Assembly (NCBI GenBank): GCA_964016885.1
Contig: OZ024742.1
Coordinates: forward strand, 261,454,001-261,518,000
Direction of reading: 5' to 3'
DNA length: 64,000 bases
Source: Eledone cirrhosa
Lineage: Eukaryota
Part shown: piece by piece, positions 1 through 14,887 of the stretch
Layout: every line of letters starts with the position of its first letter
How positions within the stretch are numbered: position 1 is the stretch's first letter
The notes under the pieces: generated by a model
The model's database searches: none
What the model was told of the DNA's origin: nothing
The model's input: only the letters and a program-made list of their open reading frames with translations
Made by a program: the position numbers and the translations under genes

Positions 1-714
1 TGAAATCTGGTGTTCGTCATTAAATAATTATTTAGTGAAACCTATTACACAGCATGAGGACTATAAAACTGTGTCAGTACTATTAAATAGTGTTTGTGTT
101 ATAGACCCGTGTCAGTGTTATGGAACTGTATCAGTGCTGTAGAGCAGTGTAAGTGCTATTAAATAGTCTGAGGACATCTTTTAAATTAATAGGTTTGAGT
201 TCATTGTGTTTACATAAGTGTTTTCATTTTATTTCCGGAATTCTCAGCTTCGGCTCAATTACTAAATGTATTTGTTTTTTTGTGGAATTAATTGTAGCAA
301 GCGTCCATAGGTCAGCAGATTACAATTCAAATGACTTCAGACATCTTTTTCATTGCCGACCGTCATTGCCAATATAATCATTAGAATTTTATATAAGAAA
401 GTTGTTGCTATTGCTGCCACTGCTGCTGCTATTGCTGCTACTACTTCCGTTGCTGCTGCTGGTGTTGTTGCTGCTGCTGTTATTGTTGTTGTTGTTGTCG
501 AGCCCTAAGTTAACACTGATTAAGCAGACAATATATCTAAGACTTCAATATTCAAAAGGGTCATAATTCTTTTAAGACGGTCTAGTGTGCTTTAAGGGAG
601 ATTTAGCTGCCACTGTTATGAGTAAGAGGATTCTCATTTGACTTATTGTGTTGTTGTTGTTGTTTGGCCCTAGGTCACCCTGATCTGGAAAACTGTGATC
701 AAAGATCTTCTAAG

Positions 715-965
715 TTTGTTTTGGAAGGTGCTAGAGTGTTTGCGAAAGGAAATGTTAGCGACTAAATCAAGAAGGTCCGCTTCAAAGGGAGCGAGTTCAA
801 TTACCTTAGGAGGATAGGCTCTCGATTTCAGGTTGTAGGTGTTAGTAGTGCCTGTAATTTTACCGTCAAAAGCTAGGGCTCACCATCTTAAGCGTTTGAC
901 ATCTTCAGCTTTCTGTAGGAGAAGCTTTGAGTAAACATAGTTGAAGGGAGTGGGAATATTCTTAA
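715..965 (-). pseudogene. Penelope-like element N-terminal ORF fragment
   Basis: Manual minus-strand translation gives KNIPTPFNYVYSKLLLQKAEDVKRLRW*ALAFDGKITGTTNTYNLKSRAYPPKVIELAPFEADLLDLVANISFRKHSSTFQNKL. This matches the KNIP..KRxRWKA..YxxKS..PP..EL..FE.DL pattern I recall from the N-termini of invertebrate PLE RTs. It contains an in-frame stop. Confidence 0.7.
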
Positions 966-1285
966 TCGATTCAAACGTTGATGAGATACAAAGTTGTGTA
1001 AGACACAAGGATATAAAGAGCACTCACAGGGTAGAAAGCCAAACTTCCACGTGGTGAAAAGAATCTGCTGACCGGTACTGGAGACGTGTGTAATTACAAA
1101 GCTGCAGATTGACTAACATGAACTATCTATAATATTCTGAATAACATGAATAATTTATTCCGAGCATCCACAGTTATCTCCTTTACGTCGATCCATCGTG
1201 GGGTTACCTCCCCCTGGGGAAGTGACTGTTTCTACACATGGGTATTCGTAGAGTTGTTTTTCCTTTCCTGTTCAACCTTATTTAA

Positions 1286-1328
1286 ACCGAGCTGATGATC
1301 CGAATAAGGTGAAACAATTGTTCCCGGT
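1286..1328 (+). ncRNA. Type I hammerhead ribozyme motif (PLE pLTR-type)
   Basis: accgag-CTGATGA-t-cc(gaataa)gg-t-GAAAC-aatt-GTT-cccggt. Stem III is palindromic (ACAATTGT) and a (TA)n tract follows. Confidence 0.7.
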
Positions 1329-1349
1329 AATGATGTACTAACTGTTGAG

Positions 1350-1804
<455 letters not shown>

Positions 1805-1806
<2 letters not shown>

Positions 1807-2425
1807 CGAATGGGATTTGCCCACTATACAGGAGCAAACCGTGGAATAGAATAGATAGGTCTAAAAGGAAGATAGGGAAGGCCAACTAATGGTATGGCAG
1901 CCAAAACTACCGGAGTCTCATGTTTGTCGACGCTACCCCTAGAGGTGAACTAGCGTATCTTTTTTGCGAGAGCCTTAGATAAACAAAACTTAAGAATTAA
2001 ATTAAAGCCAGGAACTCCCATAAAATCCCTGATCAATAGGACATACCCTTTAAGAAAAGACACTGTACTGATAAAAACTGTACACTGTGTAAAGTAAACC
2101 TGCAGGTAAACTGCTAAACTAGGAATTCAGCCTATAGGATAAAGTGTGCAGAGGAATGGAGCAGAAACATGACTACGTCATATATAGGAGAGACAGCCCA
2201 TAGCATAAGAGAGAGAGAAAAAGAACACTGGCGAGAACTCAGCGGGAGAAAAGCTCGTCGGTGCTAAACTAACATGCCAAACTAGAACATAGGGCTCATT
2301 AGATAACATAGAAGTAAACATCCTAACTACACATAGAACAGGCATAACACTCAAACAAATTACGGGAGCCACACACATAATAGAAAGTAGACCGAGCCTC
2401 AATAGAAAACACGAATGGAATGGTG
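1805..2425 (+). pseudogene. Penelope-like element 3' ORF fragment (thumb/linker, Cys motif and GIY-YIG endonuclease)
   Basis: Manual translation across frameshifts: [89 protein letters not shown]. The YIGET..R..EH pattern and terminal N are GIY-YIG hallmarks. Confidence 0.8.
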
Positions 2426-2520
2426 ACATCCCCCATCCCACAACCGAACGACTGAAGACAGAATAGGACATATAAAAAAGAGAAAAACCCATAAGAAGAC
2501 AACATAGAAATATACAAACC

Positions 2521-2640
2521 CACACACACACACATACACACACACACACACTCACACGCACACACACACACACACACACACTCACACGCACACACACACA
2601 CACGCACACACGCACACACGCACACACACTCACACACACA

Positions 2641-2715
<75 letters not shown>

Positions 2716-2745
2716 ATGCCAAATACAAAACACACACACACACAG
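2521..2745. repeat. (CA)n microsatellite
   Basis: Visible CA run. Confidence 0.97.
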
Positions 2746-3011
2746 GCGCAGACAGGGAATGGTACCTCAGAAAGACAAGATGGAGTAAACAAAATAAGAC
2801 CAGAAAGAAAAGAAGGCACAGAAGAAAACAAATAGTCCTTGTGGACGAAAGAATTTTGGCGAACTAATAATTAATGATAAAGCTGAAGTGAAATGAAATA
2901 GTGCATGTGTTTTGATTGGCAATATTGACAAGATGACCATTCCTAAATATAACAATATATGTTTCAACACACGATTTCACATCAAGAATTTTGCAAGACA
3001 AATACATACAT

Positions 3012-3114
<103 letters not shown>

Positions 3115-3148
3115 TGTGTATGTATATATACATATATGTGATATATAT

Positions 3149-3225
<77 letters not shown>

Positions 3226-3229
<4 letters not shown>

Positions 3230-3597
3230 AAAATTGAACGGGAACAAAACAGAGAGGCAGTACGAACAAAGGTTTATTAATTTCACGCTCTTGAGAGTGG
3301 GGTGGTGGTGGGGAACGACGTTTCGGGCATAAGCCCTTCTTCAGGTGAAAAGTGTGTGGGAAGAGAGTTCAAAGGGTGTGTAGGGGAGTGGTGGAGAGAC
3401 ATATAGCAAAAAGGGGGTGGGAGGAAACGGTGCAAATGAAATTAAAAATAAAGGCATGATCAAAATTAAATTAAAATGGGGTAAAACAGGTGGTGGAAGG
3501 TGTGGGGCGTGTAGGGGTGGTGGTGGGTGGAGTGGGGAGTGGGAGACGGGGTGTCCGAGTGGAGAGGGCTGAAGGTGGTGTGTGTGTGTAGGTGTAC

Positions 3598-3628
<31 letters not shown>

Positions 3629-4416
3629 AAAGCAAGGGTTGGGGGAAGAACGGGGTTGCATGTTCAGGAAGAGATGTGGGGTGGGGTGGGGTGTAGGTCG
3701 GAGTGTGTGTGCGTGTGTGGATAGAGGGGTGGGGAGAGAGGATTACGGAGGCTGAATGTTTAAATATGTGGTGGTACGCACGTGTGTGTGTGGTGTTTAT
3801 GCGTGTTGTGGATGTAGGTGGCGTGTGGGAAAAAAAATTTTTGGAGTGTGTGTCTGGGGTGAGTCGTAAAGGTAATTCCGTAAAAAGATGTGGTGGAATG
3901 CTGAGTAAAATCCTGGGATGCGGTAGATTCTCGGGATCAAGGTTCACATATGTGTAATCCGTGAAGAGATTGGTCGGAAGAGGGGAGATGTGGGGTGCGT
4001 GCGCAACAGGAAGTGGTCAGAGGGTCAAGGCAGGAGGAGGGTTGTGTGTCTGTGTGTGCGGGGAGGTGGTCAGGGGCATAGCAGTAGTAGGGTAGAATGG
4101 TAAGTGAAGAAAGTCGGTGTGTCAGTGTGTGCGGAGGTGCGGTGGACAGGGGAGAGGATGGGTAGGTGTGAAAGTTGGAGTGGGGAGGGGGTGTATTAGT
4201 AGAGGTGTTACTGGGATGTGTGAGTGTTTGAGAAAGGGTGGGGGTGGAGCGGGGAGAGAGTGTAGTGTACTGGTGTGTGTGTGTGGTGAAGGGGGTGTTA
4301 GTGGGTGTTAGTATACTGGAGGTGGAGAAAGGGTTGAATGCGGGTGTGAGTGGGGGTCAGTGGTGGTAGTGTGTGTAGAGTGGGTGGTGTAAGAGGGTGC
4401 GCGTATGTGTGTGTGT

Positions 4417-4420
<4 letters not shown>
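3226..4420 (-). mobile_element. PLE-like insertion between (TA)n tracts, with hammerhead and AATAAA-bearing 3' end
   Basis: Flanked by (TA)n, with an HHR at 3312-3349. Its 3' ~80 nt (ccactctcaagagcgtgaaattaataaacc...tttttcact) recur almost identically at 50490-50567. Confidence 0.6.
3312..3349 (-). ncRNA. Minimal type I hammerhead ribozyme
   Basis: Minus strand reads ac-CTGAAGA-a-gggc(ttat)gccc-GAAAC-GTC-gt. Perfect stem II, GUC triplet and palindromic ACGT stem III, as in PLE minimal HHRs. Stem I is weak. Confidence 0.8.
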
Positions 4421-4453
<33 letters not shown>

Positions 4454-4961
4454 CAACATACGATTTCACATATAGATCGTTCATAAAGTACAAATTAGTT
4501 GGATTTATACGATCACCTAAACAGAACATCATATCTAGTAACATGTATTACATGTCCACATGTTTTACATCTCCACATGTCCACATTGTCCACATGTATT
4601 ACATCTCCACATGTTTAAGATCCCAGACCGTGAAGCATTATGATTAACATATGTTGTATAATCTGGACTGATTTGTTATCTACTGACAATCCAATATCTC
4701 TATAACCCCTAGACAATCGGGGCATATGTAACCGATTGGTCTAACCTCTACGGTACATATGCATATGTAGTAACTCTTTGCCAGATGTGTGTTTTTACAG
4801 TAACTAAACCATTGTTGTTAGGTTTTTTGCTTCAGCTTTATCTTGTAATAACCCCGCTTTGCTTGTGTATGGCTTGTATTTATGTGGTACCTGTCTGTAT
4901 ACTTGTTGAACACCCATGGGCCACGTAATTCAATTACCTACTAATATACCTTGTTTATGTA

Positions 4962-6084
4962 TGTGGTGAGAAAGCTACTCCACTTACCGCGAGTCTGCTG
5001 GTTCACTCCAAGCCGGGCATCAATCTTCGTCGTTATCATCAAGTCGCCAAGCTGCAGCTTAATCCGGTACGTCCGTTTTGCTCCAAAGTCGCCCTGAAAA
5101 GGAAGACTTCCGAATGCTGCCCCGGAAACGCACTCCTCTCACTCCTCCTCCGCCTCCGGTCAAGCGTCCACATCTGACGTCACCTCCTCCACACAGCCCC
5201 ACACGCCCCCCTGATCTCAAGGATCAATCTCCTCCTCACTCTGCTGCATGTGATACTCCGCCCATCCACCCAGGCAGTCGGCGATCCCGTCGCGATCTCC
5301 GTAATGTTGGGGCGGCGCTTTCGATTTCCTCTTCCTCTTCCTCGGAGTCCGCCAACAACGATTCTACGGACATCCAGGACATGACGTGGCACTCCGTCCA
5401 CGGACACGTTATTCTGGGAATTCACGGCCGTAACCGTTCCCTTTCCCCATTGAGATGTGCAGCGTGCACCTGGGGGCTTAACCCAGACTTCCTCGCCCAC
5501 CTGTACAAATGCGCTCTCTCTCTCTCTACTGGCTGATGTGGTACCATGCATGGGTGCCGCCACTCGTACTTGTATATGCTCGTCCCTCTGGCTGATTTCG
5601 TCCATCTCGAGGTATAATGCTAGCGCATCCCCCTCGAGATATAGCGCCATAAGACCGGCCACATCGTCTATCTTTTGTAGCTCGGCGACCACCCGGACCT
5701 TCCGCATCCAAGCGATAACGTCTCCTTCACCGGTAAAAGCTTTAAGTACTTCACCGCTCAACCGTAATCTTGTCGCCATCTCTTTAGTCCTGCGGTAAGT
5801 GATAAAACAAGATAGTCTTTGTTCCTTCTTTTTTTTTTTTTTTTTTTCAATTGTACGTTTTCATGTGCCGAAATAGCTTGTGGTGAGTACGCTACTCCAC
5901 TTACCGCGAGTCTGCTGGTTCACTCCAAGCCGGGCATCAATCTTCGTCAAGCTGCAGCTTAATCCGGTACGCCCTCAAAAGGAAGACTTCCGGATGCCGC
6001 CCTGGAAACGCATCTCCTCTCATTCCTCCTCCACCTCCGGTCAAGCGTCCACATCTGACGTCACCTCCTCCACACAGCCCCACA
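4962..6084 (-). mobile_element. Small non-autonomous LTR retrotransposon (Ty3/gypsy-derived, TRIM-like)
   Basis: LTRs at 4962-5203 and 5879-6084, both TG...CA. 5-bp TSD ATGTA at 4957-4961 and 6085-6089. Purine-rich tract (agatcaggggggcg) precedes the 3' LTR on the minus strand. Confidence 0.9.
5180..5779 (-). CDS. 199-aa fusion of Gag N-terminus and integrase C-terminal segment
   Basis: The first part, FTGEGDVIAWMRKVRVVAELQKIDDVAGLMALYLEGDALALY, is gypsy Gag-like. The later VGEEVWVKPPGARCTSQWGKGTV..VSVDGVPRHVLDVR resembles the GPY/F, SH3-like tail of integrase. ATG start, no internal stop. Confidence 0.7.
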   Translation of the reverse strand: MATRLRLSGEVLKAFTGEGDVIAWMRKVRVVAELQKIDDVAGLMALYLEGDALALYLEMDEISQRDEHIQVRVAAPMHGTTSASRERESAFVQVGEEVWVKPPGARCTSQWGKGTVTAVNSQNNVSVDGVPRHVLDVRRIVVGGLRGRGRGNRKRRPNITEIATGSPTAWVDGRSITCSRVRRRLILEIRGACGAVWRR

Positions 6085-6244
6085 ATGTATACTATGGCGA
6101 GGATTAAAATCACCTTGGGCTTTCTGGAGGTACCTTAAGAACCTCTTAGTATTTATATAACTAAGTTATGGAGATCTTATTCACTTGTTATATATAGGCA
6201 CCAGCGCTTACTTCCTCTGGCTTTTATTTTTATAAGCTTAAACA

Positions 6245-6423
6245 TTTTTCTTTTTTCTTTTTTCTTTTTTCTTTTTTCTTTTTTCTTTTTTCTTTTTTCT
6301 TTTTTCTTTTTTCTTTTTTCTTTTTTCTTTTTTCTTTTTTCTTTTTTCTTTTTTCTTTTTTCTTTTTTCTTTTTTCTTTTTTCTTTTTTCTTTTTTCTTT
6401 TTTCTTTTTTCTTTTTTCTTTTT
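6245..6423. repeat. (TTTTTTC)n heptamer repeat
   Basis: Visible tandem run. Confidence 0.95.
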
Positions 6424-6743
6424 AAAATTTGTTTATCATTTTTATTTATTTTTTATCTCTTTATATTATCTTCCTTTTACTTTTTTATTATATTTTGTAT
6501 TATATGTTTAAACCATTGTTTATACTTTTTGCTTTTGTGTGCCATCACTTGCATCTGCAGCTTGTGGAAAAAATCTGCCTGTACCCTAGCATTTAGCTGT
6601 AGTGCTTAATAACAACCCCAACATGTACTCTCTCCTTATTCGTCATCTCCGATCTCCCTATTTTTACCCTCTATTGTATTCCAATTGTTTGTGTGACTAA
6701 GCTTGGTAGAGCTTATACTCAGCACTGTGTTTTTGTTTATTAA

Positions 6744-6781
6744 GCTCTGATGATTCCTGTTATGGATGAAACATTGTCAGC
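6744..6781 (+). ncRNA. Type I hammerhead ribozyme motif
   Basis: gct-CTGATGA-t-tcc(tgttat)gga-t-GAAAC-att-GTC-agc, followed by AATAAA. All core nucleotides are canonical. Confidence 0.8.
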
Positions 6782-6940
6782 AAATAAAAACTGTTTGAGT
6801 ATGTAAGCGTTCTTTACATAAAACGGCTCTGTTCTCGTATACTGAGCTTATACAATGCTGTCAAAATACGACACGGTACATGTGTGTTTATGCACATACG
6901 CTCCGTGCGTATATATATATATGCATGTGTGTGTGTGAGT

Positions 6941-6977
<37 letters not shown>

Positions 6978-7724
6978 CTGTGTGTCTGATATATATATAT
7001 ATATGTATATATATGTGTGTGTGTGTGTGTGATATATATATATATATGGAGACACTCAAAGGACATATACACACATATATACATATTTTTGTTAGCTGTC
7101 TTCTGCTTGGAATAGTCGGTCGTCTACCTTTTGTGAAATAGCTTTCCATTAGTTATCTTTCATATTATTTTGATATCACCGTATTGATCGTATATAATTG
7201 GGGTGGCGGTGGGGTAACAATATGACAACATTATTAGAAAGAATGACTCCCTCGCCACAACAACCACTACTGTCAACATACATAGTACTACTTCCTTACC
7301 ACGACCACCACAACCATCACCACCAGTACTGTCAACAACGTACTGACAACAATAGTGTCACTTTCTTCCATCGCCAACTCTACCATCACTACTGTCAACA
7401 TATATAGTATCGGTTCCTTACCACCAACACAACCATCACCTCCATCACAACTACCACCCCTACCGCAACCATGAATATCACCGCCCCCACAACCAATACT
7501 TCCACCATCACAAACACCAACACCACTATCACCACCACCACTATCACCACCACCACTAATACAAACACTATTATTAACAACAATAGTACCACTTCTGTTG
7601 TATTTTTACTATTGCTGTTTTGAGCATTTTTAAACATAACGACGCCTGTGTCTGAACAAATTGAAATATCGACATATAGATAGGTAAATGAATCGATCGA
7701 TAGATGATAAATAGATATATTTCT

Positions 7725-7748
7725 TTATTTTGATAGATAAATAGATAA

Positions 7749-7796
<48 letters not shown>

Positions 7797-7806
7797 GTAG
7801 ATAGAT
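7725..7806. repeat. (GATA)n microsatellite
   Basis: Visible run. Confidence 0.95.
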
Positions 7807-8045
7807 ATGTTTCTTTATTAGCCACAGGGGCACAAAAGAAGGGGACAAATACAAAGGGGCAAGTTTACATATAATATAGATAGATAGAAGAGGAGAGGGA
7901 AAGAGAAAAGGGTGCGGGAACAATGTACCTAACTGGTTCTTTATTGACCTCGAAAGAGATTTGAATCTATGCGACGTTCTAAGTATTTTGCCAATTCGCC
8001 GCCTAAGGTATATTAGGTCTACATAAATTTATCTAAATGAGGTCA

Positions 8046-8270
8046 AAGCACGTATGTTAGTGGTTAGGGTGTACGGTTCAAGGTCGTGAGTTCGATTCCC
8101 GACGGCGCAAGATACTTTATTTTATGTTGCTCTATTTCACTCAGCTGAAAAATCGACCCAACCATTAAGCACATGTGTCCGTGGAATGCTCAGCCACTGC
8201 ATTTTAATTTCACGAGCATGCTATTCAGGTGACCGAATCAATAACTCATTGTTAAAACCGACGGAAGTTC
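8046..8270 (+). mobile_element. tRNA-derived SINE
   Basis: A-box-like tagtggttagg and B-box gttcgattccc. The body is similar to copies at 10186, 8575(-) and 43185(-). Confidence 0.7.
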
Positions 8271-8574
8271 AGCAGATATACACGTATCTGAATGAATTAT
8301 TTAGATAATATAAAAGTAAATAGCGTTTTAACACTAGAAAACTTCAATGTACATTATGTTGGTAACTTTCTTTGCCAACATTGCCATTCCGCCTTGAACA
8401 TCCAGTGTAGTTCTTGACAGGGAAACATACAATTGCCTGTGTAATAATAGATTAGTTTGGAAGAACAAATAAATTTTACTCAACAGCTTGCATTGAATTT
8501 TATTAAACTGACATTGCGAACCGATAAAAACAGAAAATTGTAACCACATAGGGGTGAATAGTGAAATGAACCAC

Positions 8575-8905
8575 CGTCGGTTACAACGATAAATGTTCCA
8601 GTTGTTCGATCAATGGAACAGCTTACTCATGAATTTAAAGTGTAAGTAGCCGAGCATTCAACAAACATATGTTCCTTTAACATAAGTCTCAAGGAAATTC
8701 TTCGCGGCGCAGTGTCTAGTAAGACAGGCACTTTGAATTATGGGTACAATCCATCTGACGGGCTTCCAAACTATTTCGACGTAATCAGTTTCACTCAGAA
8801 GGCATAGGTCGACTGGTGGTTATGATATGACATTTGTCCAAGATTCCACACAATGGGGTCGAACCCGAACCTAATGATTGCCAAGCGAACTCCTTAACGG
8901 TTATA
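8575..8905 (-). mobile_element. tRNA-derived SINE inserted in the Helitron
   Basis: Reverse B-box (ggggtcgaacc) near 8860; body shared with the 8046 and 10186 copies. Confidence 0.6.
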
Positions 8906-9326
8906 CTGCGTCCATGAGAGTGAATAACAGTGATGCTGGAGGTCGCAGTTTAATTATTAGCGAAATGACAAGTTTTCTACAATGTTCATTTTCTGTAACA
9001 ATGTCGCCTCCAATCTTAAGTTCATATAAATGGCTTATTCTATAATAATTCTTATTCTATTACAAAGCTTATTAATTTTATTTAAATTTCGCAATAATAT
9101 TACAACATGTCTCTTTTCAAGATGAAAGTGTGGAGCGGGTGGCGGGAGATGGGATAGTTCAGCAAATTTACAGTTGTCTAGGAACTCCATTCAGTTATTG
9201 TATAGTTTATCTCCAGCATTGCAGGTATCAGTGAATGTGTCTCCATCCAATATATTAATAATTTCCTTATGTATCGAATCAGCAACAGCAGTGATATGAA
9301 TGACATCGCTCGGTCTTTGAAGTTCA

Positions 9327-9460
9327 AGGCGGCGAATTAACAAAGTCAGATTAAATACCTTAGTATTTGTCCCGATTCTCTACGTTCAAATCCCGCCGAG
9401 GTCAACTTTGACTTTCATTCTTTGGAGGCCAATAAAAAAAAGTGCCAGTTCAGTATTGAT
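9327..9460 (+). mobile_element. SINE (aaatcccgccgaggtcaactttg family)
   Basis: The core gttcaaatcccgccgaggtcaactttg..tttcat recurs about 10 times in the window. Confidence 0.7.
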
Positions 9461-10185
9461 GTCAGTTCTTCCTCTTTTGTTTTTCTTCTTTTGGAAAAAT
9501 CAGCTTTGTTCAAAGCTTGAAAGTAATGGGCTCCGCTAGGTTTAAAATTTCCAATATACGTCGTGTCAAGTCGGTGCCTCTGCGACGCTATCAATAGGGC
9601 TCATTCCTTCTTTTTCTTTTGAAGTTTGCAAAGTTAAATAAGCTATCAAAACTTCACGTTCATTTGATACAACCTCGACACTACTTGGAAGACCAATCCT
9701 GCCACCAGGCAGTTCACCAACTCAAAGTAAAAAAAATCAACATAATCATGGTCCCCGCGATTCTGTTGTTGCATGTTCATAGGAAGTTTCAATTTTGTCA
9801 CTCTCTTCCAAAATGTTCTCTGATAGCAGTTCCGCCAACTTTCTTAAAGACAGGAAGTGTTTGTCGAATAAACCATTGACACGCCATAATTTTGCCAGAA
9901 AACAGTAAATCAATTTTGCAGAAGATCACGAAGTCGGGTGGTAAACAGTTCCATACACATACCTCGACATTTGTAGTGCTTCATCAAAACAGTTGAAACT
10001 ACATTTTCGAATTATTTCTGTCCGCTTGCTATTGAAATGAATATTGCAAACAAACTTTGTCAATTGAAACTGAAATATAGAAAGTTGAATGCACTACAGG
10101 AGAACGTTTGTAGTACAATGCAGTCAGTCTTGTATATGCAACAAAACTGGTTGAACTAATCATGCTTACGCATACTTGGTGCTGA

Positions 10186-10470
10186 AGGAGCGTGGCTTAG
10201 TGGCTAGAGTTTTCGGCTGTGTTCGATTACCAGCGACACTTTACCTCGCCGTTGATCTTTTAACAGCTGCCATATGAACTAGAGTCTAGTTCATTCAGCA
10301 GAAATACTTTTAATTCAAAGGGCCAGCCTTGTGACACACTGTATCACGTCGAATCTCACTAAGGTTTACGTTAACTGTATAGGTATATGTGAATTGATAT
10401 GTGACTTACACGTTAATCTCATGAGCAGGCTGTTCCGCTATCGAACAACTGGAATGCCTTCCGTCGAAAA
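10186..10470 (+). mobile_element. tRNA-derived SINE
   Basis: Head ggagcgtggcttagtggctag...gttcgatt; conserved body ggccagccttgtgacacact. Confidence 0.65.
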
Positions 10471-10848
10471 TAAGGTAAATACACCCCCCACACACACGCA
10501 CACGCACATACAACATCAACAACACACACACACATCTTACATACTAGTACCCCAGCTGATGTGATCTTATTAATGAAGCAAAATAATTGTTTCTACTTTT
10601 GTCACAAGGCTAGCAATTACCTCAGTACATTACTGGTGCTTTATTTCATCGACCCCGTAAGGATGAAAGGCAAAGCTAACCTCATACATGTACACAGACA
10701 CAAACTGGACGAACATAGATACACACACAGATACATACACTCACACTCGTATGTATATATATATATGTCCCATATATATAGATATGTCCCAAGGCTCTGA
10801 TACCATCAACACTATAAGCAAAGAGCTGGCATATCTAACAACTGACTA

Positions 10849-10904
10849 ACTGCCTGATGAGGTCATAGCCATTCAGTGGCTATCATCGAAATATATATAG
10901 CAGT
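10849..10904 (+). ncRNA. Type I hammerhead ribozyme motif with TATATATA stem III
   Basis: actgc-CTGATGA-ggtc-atagcca(ttcag)tggctat-catc-GAAA-tatatata-gcagt, then AATAAA and (TA)n. Stem I is a perfect 5 bp. Confidence 0.8.
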
Positions 10905-10949
10905 AAATAAAGGATTATGAGTTCATGCCATTGACTTATGTTTCGTCAC

Positions 10950-10985
<36 letters not shown>

Positions 10986-11149
10986 TGTGCAAACACCCTC
11001 ACATATGCATACACACTCATGCACACACATGCATACATGCACACACGTACGTACACACATATGTACTCACATGCGCGCATAACAATCACCTACATACAGA
11101 CTCTGTGTTTGTGTTGTACACAGACTTCAAATTCAATCGTTAAAAAAAA

Positions 11150-11614
11150 AACGACTATTTTATATGCTACGTTGCTTGTCAATTGTAAGCGATATGTTGT
11201 TGTTACAGCTTACATCTATACAGTCTTAGCCGAACTCCTACGAGGCTCTATCTCATAGGAGCTTTCTTGGATGTTTTAATGATAGGAGCTCTAGTCCTAT
11301 CATGTTCGCCATATAAGTGTGAATAATCTCGATTGTTTACATCTGCAAGCTTCAAATACAGTAGCCAAGATTCCTGAACCAATCACTGTAATATGAATAA
11401 TTCATGGGAAACCATGGACAAATGAGGAAATGAGAAAACTATATACGTCCATAAGGCTAAATAGGAAGCAACCAGCTGCCAATATTGAAGACCTTCGGCG
11501 CATTACTGAACCTTAAAGGATTTTCTATCAAATGTTTCTACAAAGATGATCGAAAAAATTAAGGGAGAAAACTGTTAAAATAAACCTGCCCCTGCTCTAT
11601 TATTAATATATAGA
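11150..11614 (-). mobile_element. Probable 5' part of the minus-strand Helitron
   Basis: The minus strand begins TCTATATATTAATAAT (Helitron-like 5' TC end) at 11614 and points toward the helicase remnant. Confidence 0.45.
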
Positions 11615-11627
11615 CGTCTTAATATAT

Positions 11628-13028
<1,401 letters not shown>

Positions 13029-13526
13029 TGTATATATATATATATATATATATCCAAAATTAAATTAGGGTTGTCATGTCTGAGAGACATGCGCCATATT
13101 CACTGCAGAATAAGCTCAAAGATTCCAATAAATAGATCCGAGCATTTTATATCAACTAGAAATAGATTGACACACATATATATATAAAATAAACACATGA
13201 AACAAATCTCAGGGAATAATTTGTAAAGTGTGTAAGCACACATAGCTAGGTAGGTAACGAATTAAAGTTTAACTAGAACTTCAAATATAGATACCTTTTA
13301 AAATGATTAATCTCCTTTGTATATATTTCTTTAAATAAAAAATATATTTCACCAATTAATATATATATATATATATTGAGTATATGTTGGTTGTTTACCG
13401 ACACCTCAGTATGGAGATTGGAGCACTCGACGAAGTACGCAGGTTGGTTTGTTTACTCCGGGGTAATGTAAAATAATTAAGTCAAATATGTAAAATTTGG
13501 CTTCGTTTATTACAAATTATAGAGAT

Positions 13527-13581
13527 ACTGCTATATATATTTCGGTGACAGCCATCATTGGCTGTGTCCTCTTCAGGCAGT
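13527..13581 (-). ncRNA. Type I hammerhead ribozyme motif
   Basis: actgc-CTGAAGA-ggac-acagcca(atga)tggctgt-cacc-GAAA-tatatata-gcagt. Confidence 0.8.
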
Positions 13582-13706
13582 CCGAATTGGTGTGGGAAGG
13601 ACAGGTACACAATCCATCGATATGTCCAGCTCCTGGTAGTGTTGTTATTTCTCTTAGGAACTGGAATCATATGACATGTGTACCTGTCTTTCCCACACCA
13701 ATTCGG

Positions 13707-13761
13707 ACTGCTTGAAGAGGTCACAGCCAATGATGGCTGTCACCGAAATATATATAGCAGT
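13707..13761 (+). ncRNA. Type I hammerhead motif with C3U core mutation
   Basis: Same motif as 13527-13581 but with TTGAAGA in place of CTGAAGA. Confidence 0.65.
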
Positions 13762-13829
13762 ATATCTATAATTTGTAATAAACGAAGCCAAATTTTACAT
13801 ATTTGACTTAATCATTTTATATATATCAT

Positions 13830-13872
13830 CTTGTCTGATGATCCTGCGATTGCGTAGGTGAAACACTATAAT
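13830..13872 (+). ncRNA. Hammerhead-like motif
   Basis: ttgt-CTGATGA-t-cctgcg(attg)cgtagg-t-GAAAC-actataa, then AATAAA. Stem III is imperfect. Confidence 0.6.
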
Positions 13873-13941
13873 AAAGGGAATATATAAACTCTACTTTGGT
13901 ATTGAGTACTCTTTCTCTTGTCAGTATACGTATATGAATAA

Positions 13942-14006
<65 letters not shown>

Positions 14007-14027
14007 CGCGTGCAGTTTAACCTCTTC

Positions 14028-14887
<860 letters not shown>

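Larger units (their letters stand above)
8334..10170 (-). pseudogene. Helitron Pif1-family helicase remnant, interrupted by SINEs
   Basis: Degenerate motifs occur in the expected order: AYTRLTA..VHSTF, FDEA, LRDLL..SGKI, RQTLPV, LKLPMNM, HFHLEKRHVVILLRNLNKINKLCN, QFSV..NKIQ..HRQLYVSLSR..TNIMYIEVF*. These correspond to LLRNLN..GLCNG, INKSQGQ, HGQLYVALSR and TxNIVYxEV. Confidence 0.85.
13469..13819. repeat. Inverted repeat (~143-bp arms, ~65-bp spacer), each arm carrying a hammerhead
   Basis: 13469-13611 is the near-exact reverse complement of 13677-13819. Confidence 0.95.
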
